From assembly GCA_030704615.1 (NCBI GenBank), contig CM060731.1, positions 15,686,001-15,750,000 of the forward strand: a DNA stretch of 64,000 nucleotides, given 5' to 3'. Below are positions 27,650 through 40,470 of this stretch, in pieces. The DNA is from Takakia lepidozioides (taxonomy: Eukaryota > Plantae > Bryophyta). Below the pieces are notes generated by a model. It did no database searches and was not told the origin of the DNA. It was given only the letters and a program-made list of their open reading frames with translations. Every line of letters starts with the position of its first letter. Position 1 is the stretch's first letter. A program made the position numbers and the translations under genes.

Positions 27650-30200
27650 CTTGTTGAACCCTCCCTCTTCATCTCCGATGCTGCTGGATTAGGCAAACCT
27701 GACCACCAGGGCAGTATTCAGAACGACATCTGGTACAGTTCCTACTTTGATGATGTCACCATGGACCTCTTTTCCCTTATCCAGGTCTGCCTGGCTCACG
27801 CAGGTACTGAAAACAGGATCGAGCCCTACCTGGTAGGGCTTCAGTCCTTTGCGCTCCGACCGCAAATCTTCCATCCCGTAACCCTGCTGGGCATATCCTG
27901 TTATCATTGCGTTCCAGGTTGTGCAGCCATATTGTTGACTACTCCCTTTGCATCCTTGCACATTGTGGGTATCATGGGATCAGAACATTCGAGGTTACCT
28001 TATTATATTCAGCGACATTGCCGATGCTCCTTTGCATCCTCGACGGCCAGTCTTTGGCATACACGTCCCACCAGGGTATTGTTCAAAAGGCATATGGTAC
28101 GATCCCCGTTGTGATGATGTCACCATGGACCACTTTGCCCATTTTCAGGGCTGCCAAGCTCGCACACGAATGCAAACAGAGATGAACGTTACCCAGTTGC
28201 GCTTCTCTCATTCCCAGTTGCGCTTCTCTCATTCCCGCATCATTTGCCCGTATGTCGCCAAAGCCTTTCCATCCTACACCCATGCTGGGTATATCCTGCA
28301 ATCATGGCATTGCAGTACACAATAGGTTGTTTGGTTATGTTGTTGAACACTCCTTTCGCATCTTCGATTCTCCCGCATTTGGCACTCATGCCGACCAGGG
28401 CAGTGTTGAGGATGACATCTGGTATCATTTCGGCTTTGATGATGTCATTGTGGACCTATTTGCCGTTTTCCTGGGCTGGAAACAAATGCGATGTGGTTGG
28501 GCTTCACCCCTTATGGCATCATTGCTCATGTACAAGGCATTCCTACAACACCCATGCTTGGGAAATCCTGCTATCATTATATTTCACCTGTTGAAACATC
28601 GTTCTGGCAATTTGTTGAACAGGTCAGGTGCTGTGCTTCATGGCTCCTGCATTTAACATACATGTTGTCAAGGGTGCCGTGTAGAAAAATGTTAGACTTG
28701 AATCTTGGATTATGTGAGAGGGATCCTGCTTTCCAGCTTCCAGGCCTTTCATCTTGATGCACTTATGCAAGACAGACATAAGTATTTGAATCTGCCAAAA
28801 TGCCTCCTTGGTTTACAGTTTTTAGTTGCCCTTCATCACAGAGGATACATGCCCAGAGGTTTCTGAAGAGGCATTGTGGACTTTCTTGGTTGTCTTTCAA
28901 CAGCTGTGGTCATGAGGTGCCTTATTTTATCACTTGTGGCGCTGCTGCTGCTGCTGTTTCCAGCTGAACATCTATGCATGCAGGTTTGCTGTAGTCATTG
29001 ATTCAGAGGGAACATAGGCATCTTGCTTCTTGTGTTTATAGTCAGGTGATCTTGGAAGGGTTTGTTAACTACCAGGGTGCAGCTGAGGAGCCATAAATGT
29101 AAACATGGCCTCCTGACCTAGCCCTCCCAAGTAGTTTTTAACCACCTTGTAACCACCTTGAAACATAGAATTTCATGGTACTGACGGGAAGAGGCCACAG
29201 TTTCAGAACAGGGTCTTATCTTACATTCAGACAGCCACACCTTGCAATTGCGGTTGTCCCACCATTGTGAAGGATCTTGAAGAATCTCCTGCCAGCCTTG
29301 ACAGACCTTGGTGCCTGAAACCTTGACAGCAGAGTCCCAATGAGGAACATATGAACATGTCCAAACTCACCCACTAGGTTATTTATGTATGATTTGTGAG
29401 TGGTCTATGAAAATGGCCAGGGAGCTGCTGAGCATCCGCAGTCTCAATCCTAGCTTATGACCAGCATAGTGTATCTGCGTGGTTTTGTGGAGGGAAAGAA
29501 TGTGAATTAATTATGATGCAGGAGAGGCCAGTTTACAATTGCTCTCCAGGAACATCACTAATGACTTCTGTCGTTAATGTCATCCATTGATTGTACTTCA
29601 CCCAGGCCTGAGGTGAAGAAGAATTTTCAAACCCCAAAAAAGCATCCAGGAAGGACCCATAGGATCAGGCATCCACTCAGTTACGTTCTCAGCATCGCCA
29701 GGGAACAGAAAGGAGAAGCTGAAGACCAGCATCAGATGGATGTTGCTAAAATGTATAGCTCTCGTGATTGCAGTTCAGAGGACTTTCTTTGGATAAAGCC
29801 AAATTTCACTTAGGGAATCCATGGATCCGGAGTGTTGAAAACTTGGAGTGAGGCCGCTTCTCGTCTTTCTTGCATCTCTTACATGGGAGTTTCTAATATA
29901 GTTTGGAACTGTTCGCAGTTGATGCAAGCTCTAGGTAGAGACCTTGCGCATCCTACTTTCATGGTCTGCTCAGGAAGAACAACCTTAGCTACGACCAGTA
30001 AAAGCAGTTCTGCAGAGCAAAGCGAGTTTCTGACTTCACTCTACAACTGTGGGTACAATCCAATCCACAGAATTTGATCATACCTGAGTTCAGTCAAGCT
30101 CCCTCAGTCTCCTTGACTTCCTACATGAAGACAGGTCACCTTGTCAATGCCACTGTCCCACCATTGTGAAGGATCCTTAAAAAAACTCTTGACTGTACTG
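27650..30200 (-). pseudogene. PDF-motif (OSB-like) plus PLS-class PPR fusion gene, copy A, decayed
   Basis: PDF N-halves FFKDPSQWWDSGIDK|gt (about 30140-30190) and WQEILQDPSQWWDNRNCK|gt (29241-29294). C-half PRSPDYKHK..SL*INDYSKPA (about 28975-29056). PPR motifs at 27650-28830: NMYVKC, LNTALVGMSAKCGRIEDAKGVFNN, WNAMITGYAQQG, GKEVHGDIIK. Many frameshifts. Confidence 0.8.
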
Positions 30201-30419
30201 TTCCATGCTCCAACGTTGACCTATTCCAGATATATCAATTATCGGCCTTGTCTAATGATTCGGCAAAGTGATTGGGAAGGGTTGTCTTCATGCTGCTCTG
30301 TAGAAATTGTTTTTGAATATCAAATATCTGGTAGGGAGGAATCATTTCTTACCCTGGGGGTTTCTAGTATCTACAGTCCTTCTATTGACTACAGAATCCT
30401 TTTTGAACTCCAGACCTTT

Positions 30420-31140
30420 GGGCCCCTTCAGTGTCTTGTCGAACCCTCCCTGTGCATCTTTGATGCAGCTGTATTTGGCAGACATTACCACCAGAGCAGT
30501 ATTCAGAATCACTTCTGGTACAGTTGAGCTCTTTGCCCTTTTCCAGGTCTGCCAGGCTCACGCAGGTACTGAAACAGAAATGAACGCAACCTGGTTGGGC
30601 TTCACCTCTTCGCACCATTTGCTCATACGTCTGCAAAGCCTCCATGCTGGGGAGATCCTGCGATGTTTACAGGACACCTCAGCAGTATTGTTGCCTATTC
30701 CTTTTACAGCCTTGATATACCCAGATTTGGCATATCCTGGGATGATTGTGTTCCAGGATACCTTATTTCGTTCAGCATATTGTCGATCACTCTCTTTGCA
30801 TACTGGATGCTGTTTCTTGCATTCGTGTCCACCAGGGTATTGTTCAATGACATCTGGTACGATTCCTGCTTTGTTGATGTCTCCATGGACCTTTTTGCCC
30901 CTTTTCAGGGCGCGTGCGTTTTGCAACCAGACATGAATGGACCCGGTTGTGTTTCCTCCATTCCCGTGTGACTTGCTCATAGGTCTCAAAAGCCTCGATC
31001 CTACACCCATGCCGCACAGGGCGTGGAAGTTTAGCACTCCAGGACACCCCATCTTGCGTAGCCATACTGTCAAACACTCCCTTCGCATCTTCCGTCCGCG
31101 TTTGGCATCCATGCCCACCAGGGCAGTGTTGAGAATGACA
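30420..31140 (-). pseudogene. PLS-class PPR fragment (copy B)
   Basis: EDAKGVFDSMATQDGVSW, ALKRGKKVHGDINKAGIVPDV, VSWNTIIPGYAKSG, EEVKPNQVAFIS, spread across shifting frames. Confidence 0.85.
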
Positions 31141-32479
31141 TCTCAGCATCACAATAGAGGGCATTGCTTGTTGTCATGACAGTTTATCTTGGGGCCGTTC
31201 CACTGATGACGCTGGACAGACTATAATTCTGGTTTCTTGATTTTTTTTAACCAGACGTTGTCCAATTTTTAGATTTAAGGAGGTGTCTGTCTTTTTGGAA
31301 CTCTTTCTCCCAACGAGGGCCTGTGTACCCCCTTTTACCCCATGGATCGACTGGACTGGTAAGCTTTACAGTGTAATTGGAGTTTCTACGATTTGCTGCA
31401 AGATCTCGCGACCTGGCATTTGAGGTTGCATGAACTTTTAAGCTGGAAGGTGTCATTTTGGCATTGCAAGGTGCATCAGACCTGCATGCATCCTTGTGGA
31501 GGCATTGGGTAATTCAAATAGGTGCCTTGGACTATGGAATGACCTTCCGACGCTCACAATTGCAAAAATGAAGAGTGTAGCACTCAAATACTTGGTTCTC
31601 CATGTCAAGAGAGATGAGTGAAAGACCGTTGAAAGCTGGTCGCCGTTTCTTCTTCTTCCCTACTCTTTGGTTCGCAATAGCCTGGACTTCGTCGTCCTGC
31701 CCCTGTGATCTGGGCGTGGAAGAATTGGTGCGATTCATCCTTGCAGGGAGGAGATTGCACCATGAGCTTGCGCATGCTCTCACGGCCGCCCTCTTTGTCC
31801 TTCCCATCCTCAGCACCCTCTGCTTCAGCAGGTGTACTGGCACCCATCCCTCTTTCCCCGCCCTCAACAGCGTCCTCTCCACCCTCCTCTCCACCCCATC
31901 ATTCTTTCTCATTGTCTGCTTCTCCTCACTCTCCGCCCAGGCGCTCTCCAACTCCCCATCAATCTCGCTCCCACCCTCTTCATTTCTCATGCTTTTGCTG
32001 CAGCAGGTCGCTCGGGGCCTGGTTCTTCTGTCGCCGGTTCTTTAGGGGCACCATTGCCAGGAAGCAATGGGGTTGTAGTTATAGGTGTAATTAGCCGCTT
32101 GGAAGAGGATGCATCAGAGCTTTTGGATCGTCTTCTCAATGCCCATGTATTTGGTGGAGGGGGAAGGTCTGTGGTTTGAAACAAGGATGGCCAGGGCTCT
32201 AACCAGCCAGTACTTCTGCAAGAGAGTTTGAAGTGAAAGGAAACGGAAGCCCCTAATTCTCAAGTTGGGCAATCCTGCCATCCTTATATTCCCCATGGTC
32301 AACCTCATTCTGGCATTTTGTCGAACACTGGGTGTGGATCCATGATGCCCCTGCACTGTAGAAAAATAATTTGGGTTGAATCCAGTTGGATGGTGCAATT
32401 GGCCAGGTGATTATCTCTGGGTTCAAGTTTTGCTCTTTATTCGGGCTCCTTGAGGCATCCTTGCCTCTGGACCAATCCT

Positions 32480-35400
32480 GTCTAGGCCCTCTGCATCTTC
32501 GATGTTCCCATGTTTGGCAGACATGCCTGGTAGCGTTCCAGCTTTGATGATGTCATCATGGGCCTATTTGCAGTTTTCTAGGGCTGCAGACAAATGTGAT
32601 GTTGTTGGGCTACCCCTTATCGCATCATCTGCTCATGTCTCCAAACCATTCCTACCACACCCATGCTTGGCAATTCCTGCCGTCATTATTTTCCACATGA
32701 TCAAACATGGTTCTGGCATTTTGTTGAACACTTGGTGTGCATCCATGATGCGCCTGCACCTATGCAGGTGTCAGACGTTATGTATTTGAATCCGCTGAAA
32801 TACCTCCTTCATTTGAAAGTCTGTAGAGCCTCTTTCAGTTGCCCTACCCCACATAGGATCTTCACAGGCCCAGAAGTGCCAGAGGAGGCATCGTGGACTC
32901 TCACTTGGTCCTCTTTCGGAAGCTGTGGTCATGGTGGAGGTGGCTGATTTTATCAGTTGTGGTGGTGGTGGTGCTGCTTCTTGTTGACCATTTACCAATG
33001 CAGGTTTCTTGTAGCTATTGATCCACATGGAGCCATCGGAAATGTTTTGTTTGAAATTCAGCCCTCTTGGATATGTCTGGACCCGCACTCCATTCCTGCT
33101 CCTTCAGCTACCCTGCCTCTACACCAATCCTGTGTAGGCCCTCGCCTTGTTGCTAGCAGATGACAATGACAGCCTAGATTTGCTCTTGCAGACACCCCTA
33201 CCATACCTATCACACACTAGTGATATGTTGGAAGCTCCCAAGACTTTAAAAATGTGCTTTGGAGAGGGGCATCCATTCCCAAGAAAGCCTTTGTTCTTTT
33301 CCTTGATTGTGTCCTACCATTGACTGGTGTCTGAAATATATGGGAAACCTTTGTGCCCAAAAATCCGACAGCGTCAACACTTTTTGACTGATTTTATCAG
33401 TTGTGGCGCTGCTGCTGCTGCTGCTTCTAGTTGACCATCTACCAATGCAGGTTTCTTGTAGCTATCGATCCACATGGAGCCATCGGAAATATTTTGTTTG
33501 GAATTCAGCCCTCTTGGATAAATCTGGACCCCCACTCCATTCCTGCTCCTTCAGCTACCCCTGCCTCTACACCAATCCTGTGTAGGCCCTCGCCTTGTTG
33601 CTAGCAGATGACATTGACAGCCTAGATTTGTTCTTGCAGACACCCCCACCGCACCTATCACACACTAGTGATATGCTAGAAGCTCCCAAGACTTTAAAAA
33701 TGTGCATTGGAGAGGGGCGTCGATTCCCAAGAAAGCCTTAGCAATTTTCCTTGATTGTGTCCTACCATTGACTGGTGTCTGAAATATATGGGAAACCTTT
33801 GTGCTCAAAAATCTGACAGCATCAACATTTTTTGACAAGTTCCTTTGTGGAGGAGTGCTTTGAGCTCTCAACAACATTTGATGCAATTCACATTGGGCTC
33901 CATTGGACTGTACACATTGAGGAATGTACAAACATGTCCAAACTTACTCAGTTGCTGAAGCACTCCGCAGTCTGCTGAGCATCCACAGTCAAAAGTATAA
34001 ACTCCAGGGAGAAGACCTTGTGCATTCTGGTCTGCTCAGGAAGAACAACCTCAGCTACATAGAGTGTGAGCAGTTTCTGCAGAGAAAAGTGAAATTTTGA
34101 CTTCACACAACATTTGAGGGTACAATCCAATCCACAGAATTTGATCATAATATAGTTGAGTAAAACTTGCTCAGACTCCTTGACATCCTACATGAAGAAA
34201 GCTCACCTTATCAATCCCACCATTGTGAATGGTCTTTACAGAACTCTTACCAGTGCTGTTTTATGCTCAAGTGGTGACCTACGCCCAGATACAGCAATTG
34301 TTGGCCTTCTCTTACGAACCTGTGCTACTTTCCCCAGAGTATGTTTGTCTTTAGCTTGAAACACAATTTGGAGCCTGGATCCGATGGCGCTTACATGTTA
34401 TTAAGCCCTTCGGCAGCAGCTAGAGAGTGTCTGTTGTAAAGAACCTGGCAGATTGGCAGCTTGAGTCAACCAATTCTTCATCTCTATCAGGCCCATACTT
34501 GGAATGCGCTTAGCACTGCTTCCTTGTTACTGGGAAGTCCAACCATCCCCAGAAGCAAACAAACACTCAGCAGTGAAGCTGCACCTTTCAATCCCTTTGC
34601 TGCAACTCAGAAGGAGGTACCCCAGCAGCCCATTGCATCAGTCAACGAAACAAAATTCCCCGGGCATGGGAGACTGGCAACCTCTCACTTTTGATCGACC
34701 AACAAGCTTCGCAATGAGGCATGTAGCAGCGGCTTGGGAGGGCTTGGGGAGATGGAGGTTGATGCATCCCCTGGCTCATCCCCCCCACCCGATGCTCATG
34801 GGCATCACAGGTCTACCCCCTTTGCACAATGGAGGCACCTCTGGCAAGTGGAGTCGGACTCTCACCCCTATGAAAAGACTTTTGAGTCCTTGGGGTTCCG
34901 TTGGATTCACCGCCAGCTCAGGGGATCTGGATTTCGGCATCACAGGAAACGGGTTGGACAGTGTCTATAAAAATTCCCCACTGCCTCAGCAGTTGTTTCC
35001 AAGGAGTGCCCCTTAAAAGGAGAAATGAACTCTCTCATAGGATGTTTCTGTCAAGCACAGCATTTGTTGTAATTCCCGCAAGGTATAATCATGTCCGTCC
35101 TGCTGGAAGCCCTGGACACAGTCAGCATTCTCATCAGGTGAGGAGGCAACGGCATCTTCCTCCCATTCCGTGCTGTAGTTCTGGAGCTGCCATGCCTGCA
35201 CATGGTTGACGTCCATAGCACCCATGAGCTATGGCGTCCCCATGCCTCCTGCTTTCCCATCACTTGTCCTTCAATTGATTATTCTGTGGCATTTTCCCCA
35301 CTGGCCAATGTAGCATTAAGTCTAATCCATGCTGTTTCACTTCTGCTGCAGCTCTAATGCTTAGATGCTAGCATCAGCCAGGAGTGGCTGAAGTCTGGTT

Positions 35401-35730
35401 TGAGATTTTCGAGAGAGGAAAGCTTAAACCCAACCAGCTTGATGGAGGAGAGTTGGGAGCAGGAATCACCTCATTCATCTCATCCAAGGGTGAATTAGTC
35501 CCCCAACGGTGCAGCTGAGCAGGCAGAGATTGAAACATGGCCTGCTAAGACCAAGCTGACTCTTGTGTTGTAAACATCAGGAAGAATACCAAATCATGGT
35601 ACTAACAGGAGCCAAGAGCCCACATTTGCAGGATGGACAAACTTCTTCAGATCGTACATTGAGAAAAGGCCACACCTTGCGATTGTGGTTGTCCCACCAT
35701 CATGAAGGATCTTTAAAAAACTCATGCCAG
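32480..35730 (-). pseudogene. PDF-motif plus PPR fusion gene debris, copy C (may include part of a further copy)
   Basis: WHEFFKDPS*WWDNHNRK|gt (35676-35729), W*EFCKDHSQWWD (34207-34252), DTSQW*DTIK twice (about 33305-33335 and 33752-33782), and YPRGLNFKQNISDGSMWINSYKKPALV (about 32990-33075). A short PPR remnant follows at 32480-32800. Confidence 0.7.
32943..33837. repeat. Tandem duplication, 2 x about 446 bp, each unit holding one degenerate split PDF motif
   Basis: ATTTTATCAGTTGTGG..CAATGCAGGTTTCTTGTAGCTAT..GAAGCTCCCAAGACTTTAAAAATGTGC..GACAGC.TCAACA.TTTTTGAC starts near 32947 and again at 33391. Confidence 0.93.
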
Positions 35731-36429
35731 CTCTGCTCCGTGCTCCAAGGTAGAGGTTTGTGAAAATCAGACAGCATCAATATTTTGACAAGGTCCTTTA
35801 CTGAGGGGTGCTAGTGAGCATTCAACAACATTCATGCAAGTTGTTCTGGGCTCCAGTTGTTTGTTCCAAGGAAAATCTATTCCATTCCCAAGGGAAGGGG
35901 CAGCAAAAGTCCAGGCATGGCACAGTGGGATGCTTCACCCCGATAAGGCTTAGCCAACTTACCACACGAATTGTCTACTCATGTGAGTGGAATCACCGAA
36001 CGGACTGGTGGCCCTCTCACAACATGGGCTGGCCCTTACAAACACTGATACAAACCAGAAGAAGCCACACAAGGAACCCACCACAACACATATGTATCCT
36101 TATAACTGTTCTACTTATGAAGGCATTTTTGTGCTGTATGTGTTGTGCCAGATCAAGCTTGATGCTTATTCTACAGGAACTGTCAATAGATAGTGGCATT
36201 TGTGAGAAAAGCTACACTGCAAGCATAGATCACTGGCTCAGAGGACGGCAAGTTGTCAATAGGTAGTATTTTGAAATGTGCAGGGAAGTGCAATGGCAAG
36301 GCAACAATAAGGTTTGATGAGGTTTGGTGGACAGGTAGAGGGAGATAGATGACGTAGTCTCGGAAAGGACAGAGGGAAAGTGATGTATGAAATAGGGCAA
36401 CAGACAATGGTTCACACCTATGCCTGATC

Positions 36430-37055
36430 CTTGAAGATGGATGATCGATTCCCATGTATGGAGGAGCCAGCTGCTGCAATTATTGCTCGCATCAGGATTG
36501 CAAGTACATGAATCAAAACATAAGTTTCTACCTCTTCCTCAGTCATATGGAGAGACCAAATGGAAGGCCGTAGCTGAGGAATGCCCTTGCTGGTATGGAG
36601 CTGTACAATGATGAGACCCGCTATGGTTTTGAACACACGGTGGGATGGCCCAACCGGTGGGCATGCTCGATACTGGCTCCCATGGCATCCCCAGTTCCTC
36701 ATTGTGTCACTCTCAGTGGGACTACATATTCCTAGATGGCCCCATGCCTGATACTGTCATTCCTGCTAATCTCCTGCATGAAATGAGGGAAGAGTTTGAC
36801 TTCTGGTACCCAGTTGACCTGCGGGTATCTGGAAAGGATCTTATTCAGAAACATTCCACCTTCTGTGTCTACAATCACACTGCCATGTTCACCAAGGAGA
36901 AGTGGCCTCATGGATTCCGGTGCAATGGACATCTCATGCTTAACAGTGAGAAGATATCTAAATCCACTGGCAACTTCTTGACAATCCTCTCTGCCATTGA
37001 TTTTTTCAGCTGATGCCACACGATTTGTGTGAGCTGATGCTGGAGATGGCATCGT
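36430..37055 (+). pseudogene. Cytosolic leucyl-tRNA synthetase fragment with internal deletions
   Basis: YGETKWKAVAEEC/MELYNDETRYGFEHTVGWPNRWACSR, PWHPQFLIVSLS, WDYIF..MREEFDFWYPVDLRVSGKDLIQ.H.TFCVYNHTA..WP.GFRCNGHLMLNSEKISKSTGNF (KMSKS motif), ADATR..ADAGDG. Confidence 0.92.
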
Positions 37056-37989
37056 CACTGGAACGGATGGTAGCTTCTTCGTGGGTTCTCTTGTATCTAT
37101 GCTATGTGCAGTTTGTCGCCATGCTTCCTGAAAGAAATTGCTCGTGGAAAATTACGTCTTTCTCTGTCTCTCTATCTCTGGGAAATGGTATGATGACTGC
37201 CCTGGGTCAATGAATCAGTTAGCTCCAATTGTCATCTGGAGCTTGGTTAAATCCTATGTTTTTTGCTACAACCTTCGTTAGTATTGCTGCGCATTTGAAC
37301 ATGCTTAGTTGAGTAACACAGATGAAGTCAACCCGATGAAGTCAATCCTAGTCAAACTTTGGGGGAGCTGGGACATGCAGAAAATGGATGGGGAAAATGG
37401 CAGGGGTGGACAGGTGGGTGGGCGGTCAATTTGTTGTGTTGGACTTGACTAGACGTGTTTGTGAAACATTCCAGTTGCAAATGTATGTAAGTGGTCAGAA
37501 GGACTGTATCTCCTGCTAACAATTGTTTGGTTGGCTACAGTGTTGAAGTTGGCTTTTGCACTCACTGTGTTGGGTTCCCCGATAGTGCGTGTATCATTGG
37601 TTGTGGACACCACAAGGAGCATTGAGGTACACCACATGGCAATCCTATGTCATTCAGCCCCAACGATTTGAATGTTGGTGCAGGCACTGGTTGTCCATCT
37701 CAACCACAATTGTCAACTTGTTGCATTGTCTTTGTGGTGAAACTCTGGTCATCTGTACTTGATTTGGGCTTAATCTGGGCCGCGTACCCATGCCTGAGTT
37801 CCGTGTTATTTGAATGTGATCTTCTGGTGTGAGGCAGATGAAAGGCAGGCTTCCAGAAGATGGCGATTTGCTGTTGGCCGGAAAAAAAATCTTGCTATTC
37901 CATTTGGAGCTAGTATTGAGAACAAAAGTACACCAGAGAGACAAATTCTTGAATAGAAGGGCAGAGATCTTAGGTGATCAGTCAGCTAC

Positions 37990-39010
37990 TAACCTGTGAT
38001 AAGAGGGATTATGCAGTCTACAGCCTTCTCTCTCAAAGCAGCGCAGCATTGTGGAAGGCACCATTTCCAGCATCTGGCCTCTCAACCACCCTAGTTCATT
38101 CAACCCTCTCTCCTTCCACATGTCTCTCCACAACCAGGATGTTCCAGCCAGTGTCCAAAAACAGCTTCAGTACAAGTATGACAACATCAGGGAGGCAGGT
38201 CCAGTGATGGAAAGGTATGAACCTAACCTCGTTCGGTCCAGAGTCCGGGCCAGGGTGTTTCGTTACCCTGCTCTCCATGGACTTGATGATTACAGCATCT
38301 TAAGCAGAGATCTTTCAGTTGATTCACTCCTGATTCCACAGCAGAAGCAGCAGTCCAGGTTGGATTATCTGAGCTTTAGTGTCATTGCACTTCCACATGA
38401 CAATAAACTGGAGGGAGGAGAGTAATTTTACCATGGTTCCAGAGGGACAATAAATGATGCCGTTAAAAGCGAATCCTCGCTCAAGTGCACGCCGCCCACG
38501 CAAGCAACCAGAATGTTTCAATGTGGGAGCTCACTTGAAGATTACACCAGCTGGGTTTTCTGTTGAAATTCCGCTTGTGTATTTTGCAGAAGGTCTGTGT
38601 AATCCCAAGGATGGGAAAATGTACATGAAGGGCTGTCGACCAGTAGATGCCAATTGGACGCTGCTCCAGGACAAAGCAGATTCCCTAGATGATGGGCTTG
38701 ACTGTTCCCTTGAAATTGTTCTGGAGTACCCCTCAATAGTTGCTGGGTTACTGACAAGACCAACTGTGAAGATAGACATCACCAGCCGGCGGAATGTGGA
38801 CGAACCTTTCTACTTCAAACCGATGAATCTTGAGACTTTCCCGATCACTTACAAGTGACAGCGGGATGAGATCATGTCTCGGAAGAGTCTGGAAGGGTCG
38901 TTGAGTGTGGCAACCCTACCTCTCTGATGCTGCTATGTATTGGTGCCCAGTTGTCACATGTCAAGCGCCATCCGGAGTCGACGCCCCACATCTCGCTTGG
39001 GATGCTTGGC
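37990..39010 (+). pseudogene. DUF2921-family membrane protein (putative transmembrane E3 ligase family) internal fragment
   Basis: QRSIVEGTISSI..FNPLSF, AEGLCNPKDGKMYMKGCRPVDANW..LDDGLDCSLEIVLEYPS..PTVKIDITSRRNVDEPFYFKP..LETFPITYK*QRDEIMSRKSLEG..CIGAQLSHVKRHPESTPHISLGML. Stops and frameshifts present. Confidence 0.8.
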
Positions 39011-39339
39011 TCGAGTGTGGAGGCAGATTTTGATATCACAATCACCACTCATTTCGCTGTTCTTTGCACCAGCATGGCATGCCACCATGCATATCTGCCC
39101 AGTCTCATTTCTCCAGGACCCTTCCATTGCAAGATTGTGCCCATTCAAGCCAGACCTTCGAAATGCAAGGTTGAAATTGTTTTAGAAGTTCGAAGGTCTG
39201 GTAGGGAGAGTCATCTCGCAAGCTCTCCACGTGAAACAATCAGTTAGATATTGATTGAGTTCATTTCCTGATGAATTTGTTCTTTATAACGTCTACAGAA
39301 AGCTCAAAGAATAGCGCACACATAGAAAACGAAATGAAC

Positions 39340-40470
39340 ATGACGCGGTAGGGCTTCACCCCTTCCCATTTGCTGATACGTCTCCAAAGTTGGCTACTCC
39401 CTTTGCATCATTGGGTGCTCCCACATTTGGCATATCCTGGGATCATCCCGTTCAGGATATGTTACTTTATCCTCAAACATTGTGGAACAGTCCCTTTGCA
39501 TCCTCCAAGGTACTGTGTTTGCTATACGTGATTTCACTATGGACCTCTTTTCCGCTTTCCAGGGTTGCCATGGTTGTGCACCCTTTGCAAGTACAGCTGA
39601 TTGTGACCCGGTTGGGCTTCACCCCTTCCTGCATCATTTGCTCAGTGGTCTCCAAAGCCTACATCCTGCACCCATGCTGGGCGTATTTTGCTATCATCGC
39701 GTTCCAGAACATTTTGTTCAGCCACATGGTCAAATACTTCCTGTGCATACTTTATGTTGCCACATTTGGCAAACATGGGCAGTATCAGGAATGACATCTG
39801 GTACAATTCGCGCTTTGATAATGTCAACATGAACTGGTATGCATCCATGATGCTCCCGCACTTAACATACATGTTGTGACAAGGGTGTTGGGTAAAAATA
39901 CGTTTGTCTGAATCCACTTTTGACAATGTGAGCGCACACCTGCTTTCCTGCTTCCAGGCCTTTCAGTTTGATGCTCTTATGCAAGAGACAGACATTAGAA
40001 TCTGCAAAATGCCTCCTTAGTTTACACTGTAGAGCCTCTTCCAGTCACCCTGCCTCACAGAGCATGCTCATATGCCCAGAAGGGCCAGAAGGGGCATATG
40101 CGACACTCATCCTTTTGAGAAAGGAAAGTCTGGATAGTCTGAAATCCAGCTCCACCAACATACGTACCATTCCTGCCACTCGGTAGATTAACCCTCTTTG
40201 AGATTGACTGGCTCTGGTGCAAGATTTCACCTCCAGTACCTTCCTTCGTAAATCCAATGACAGTGGAAGCATGGAGAAACTCCATTGGATTTTCCCTCTC
40301 CTGGTCCTCTTTGGGAAGATGTGGTCATGGTCAAGGTGCCTGGTTTCTTAAATTGAGGGACTGCTGCTGCTGCTTTCAGGTTACCATCCACCCATTCAGG
40401 TTTGTTGTAGCTATTGATCCATAGGGAATCATGGGAAATCTTGTACTTGTAATCCCACTCTCTGAATCCG
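39340..40470 (-). pseudogene. PDF-motif plus PLS-PPR fusion gene, copy D, decayed
   Basis: C-half PDF motif DYKYKISHDSLWINSYNKPEWVDGNL (about 40378-40457) and the same AAAAVPQ linker as copies A and C. Then SMLCEAG.LEEAL, AGKQVCAHIVKSGF, NMYVKCGSIMDA, MFAKCGNIKYAQEVFDHV, QMMQEGVKPNRVT, LESGKEVHSEI. Confidence 0.8.

Noticed and set aside
31247-32398. Overlapping 100-150 aa ORFs on both strands
   Set aside because: Low-complexity purine/pyrimidine-biased sequence with no assignable domain. It may be a captured fragment, but I cannot support a call.
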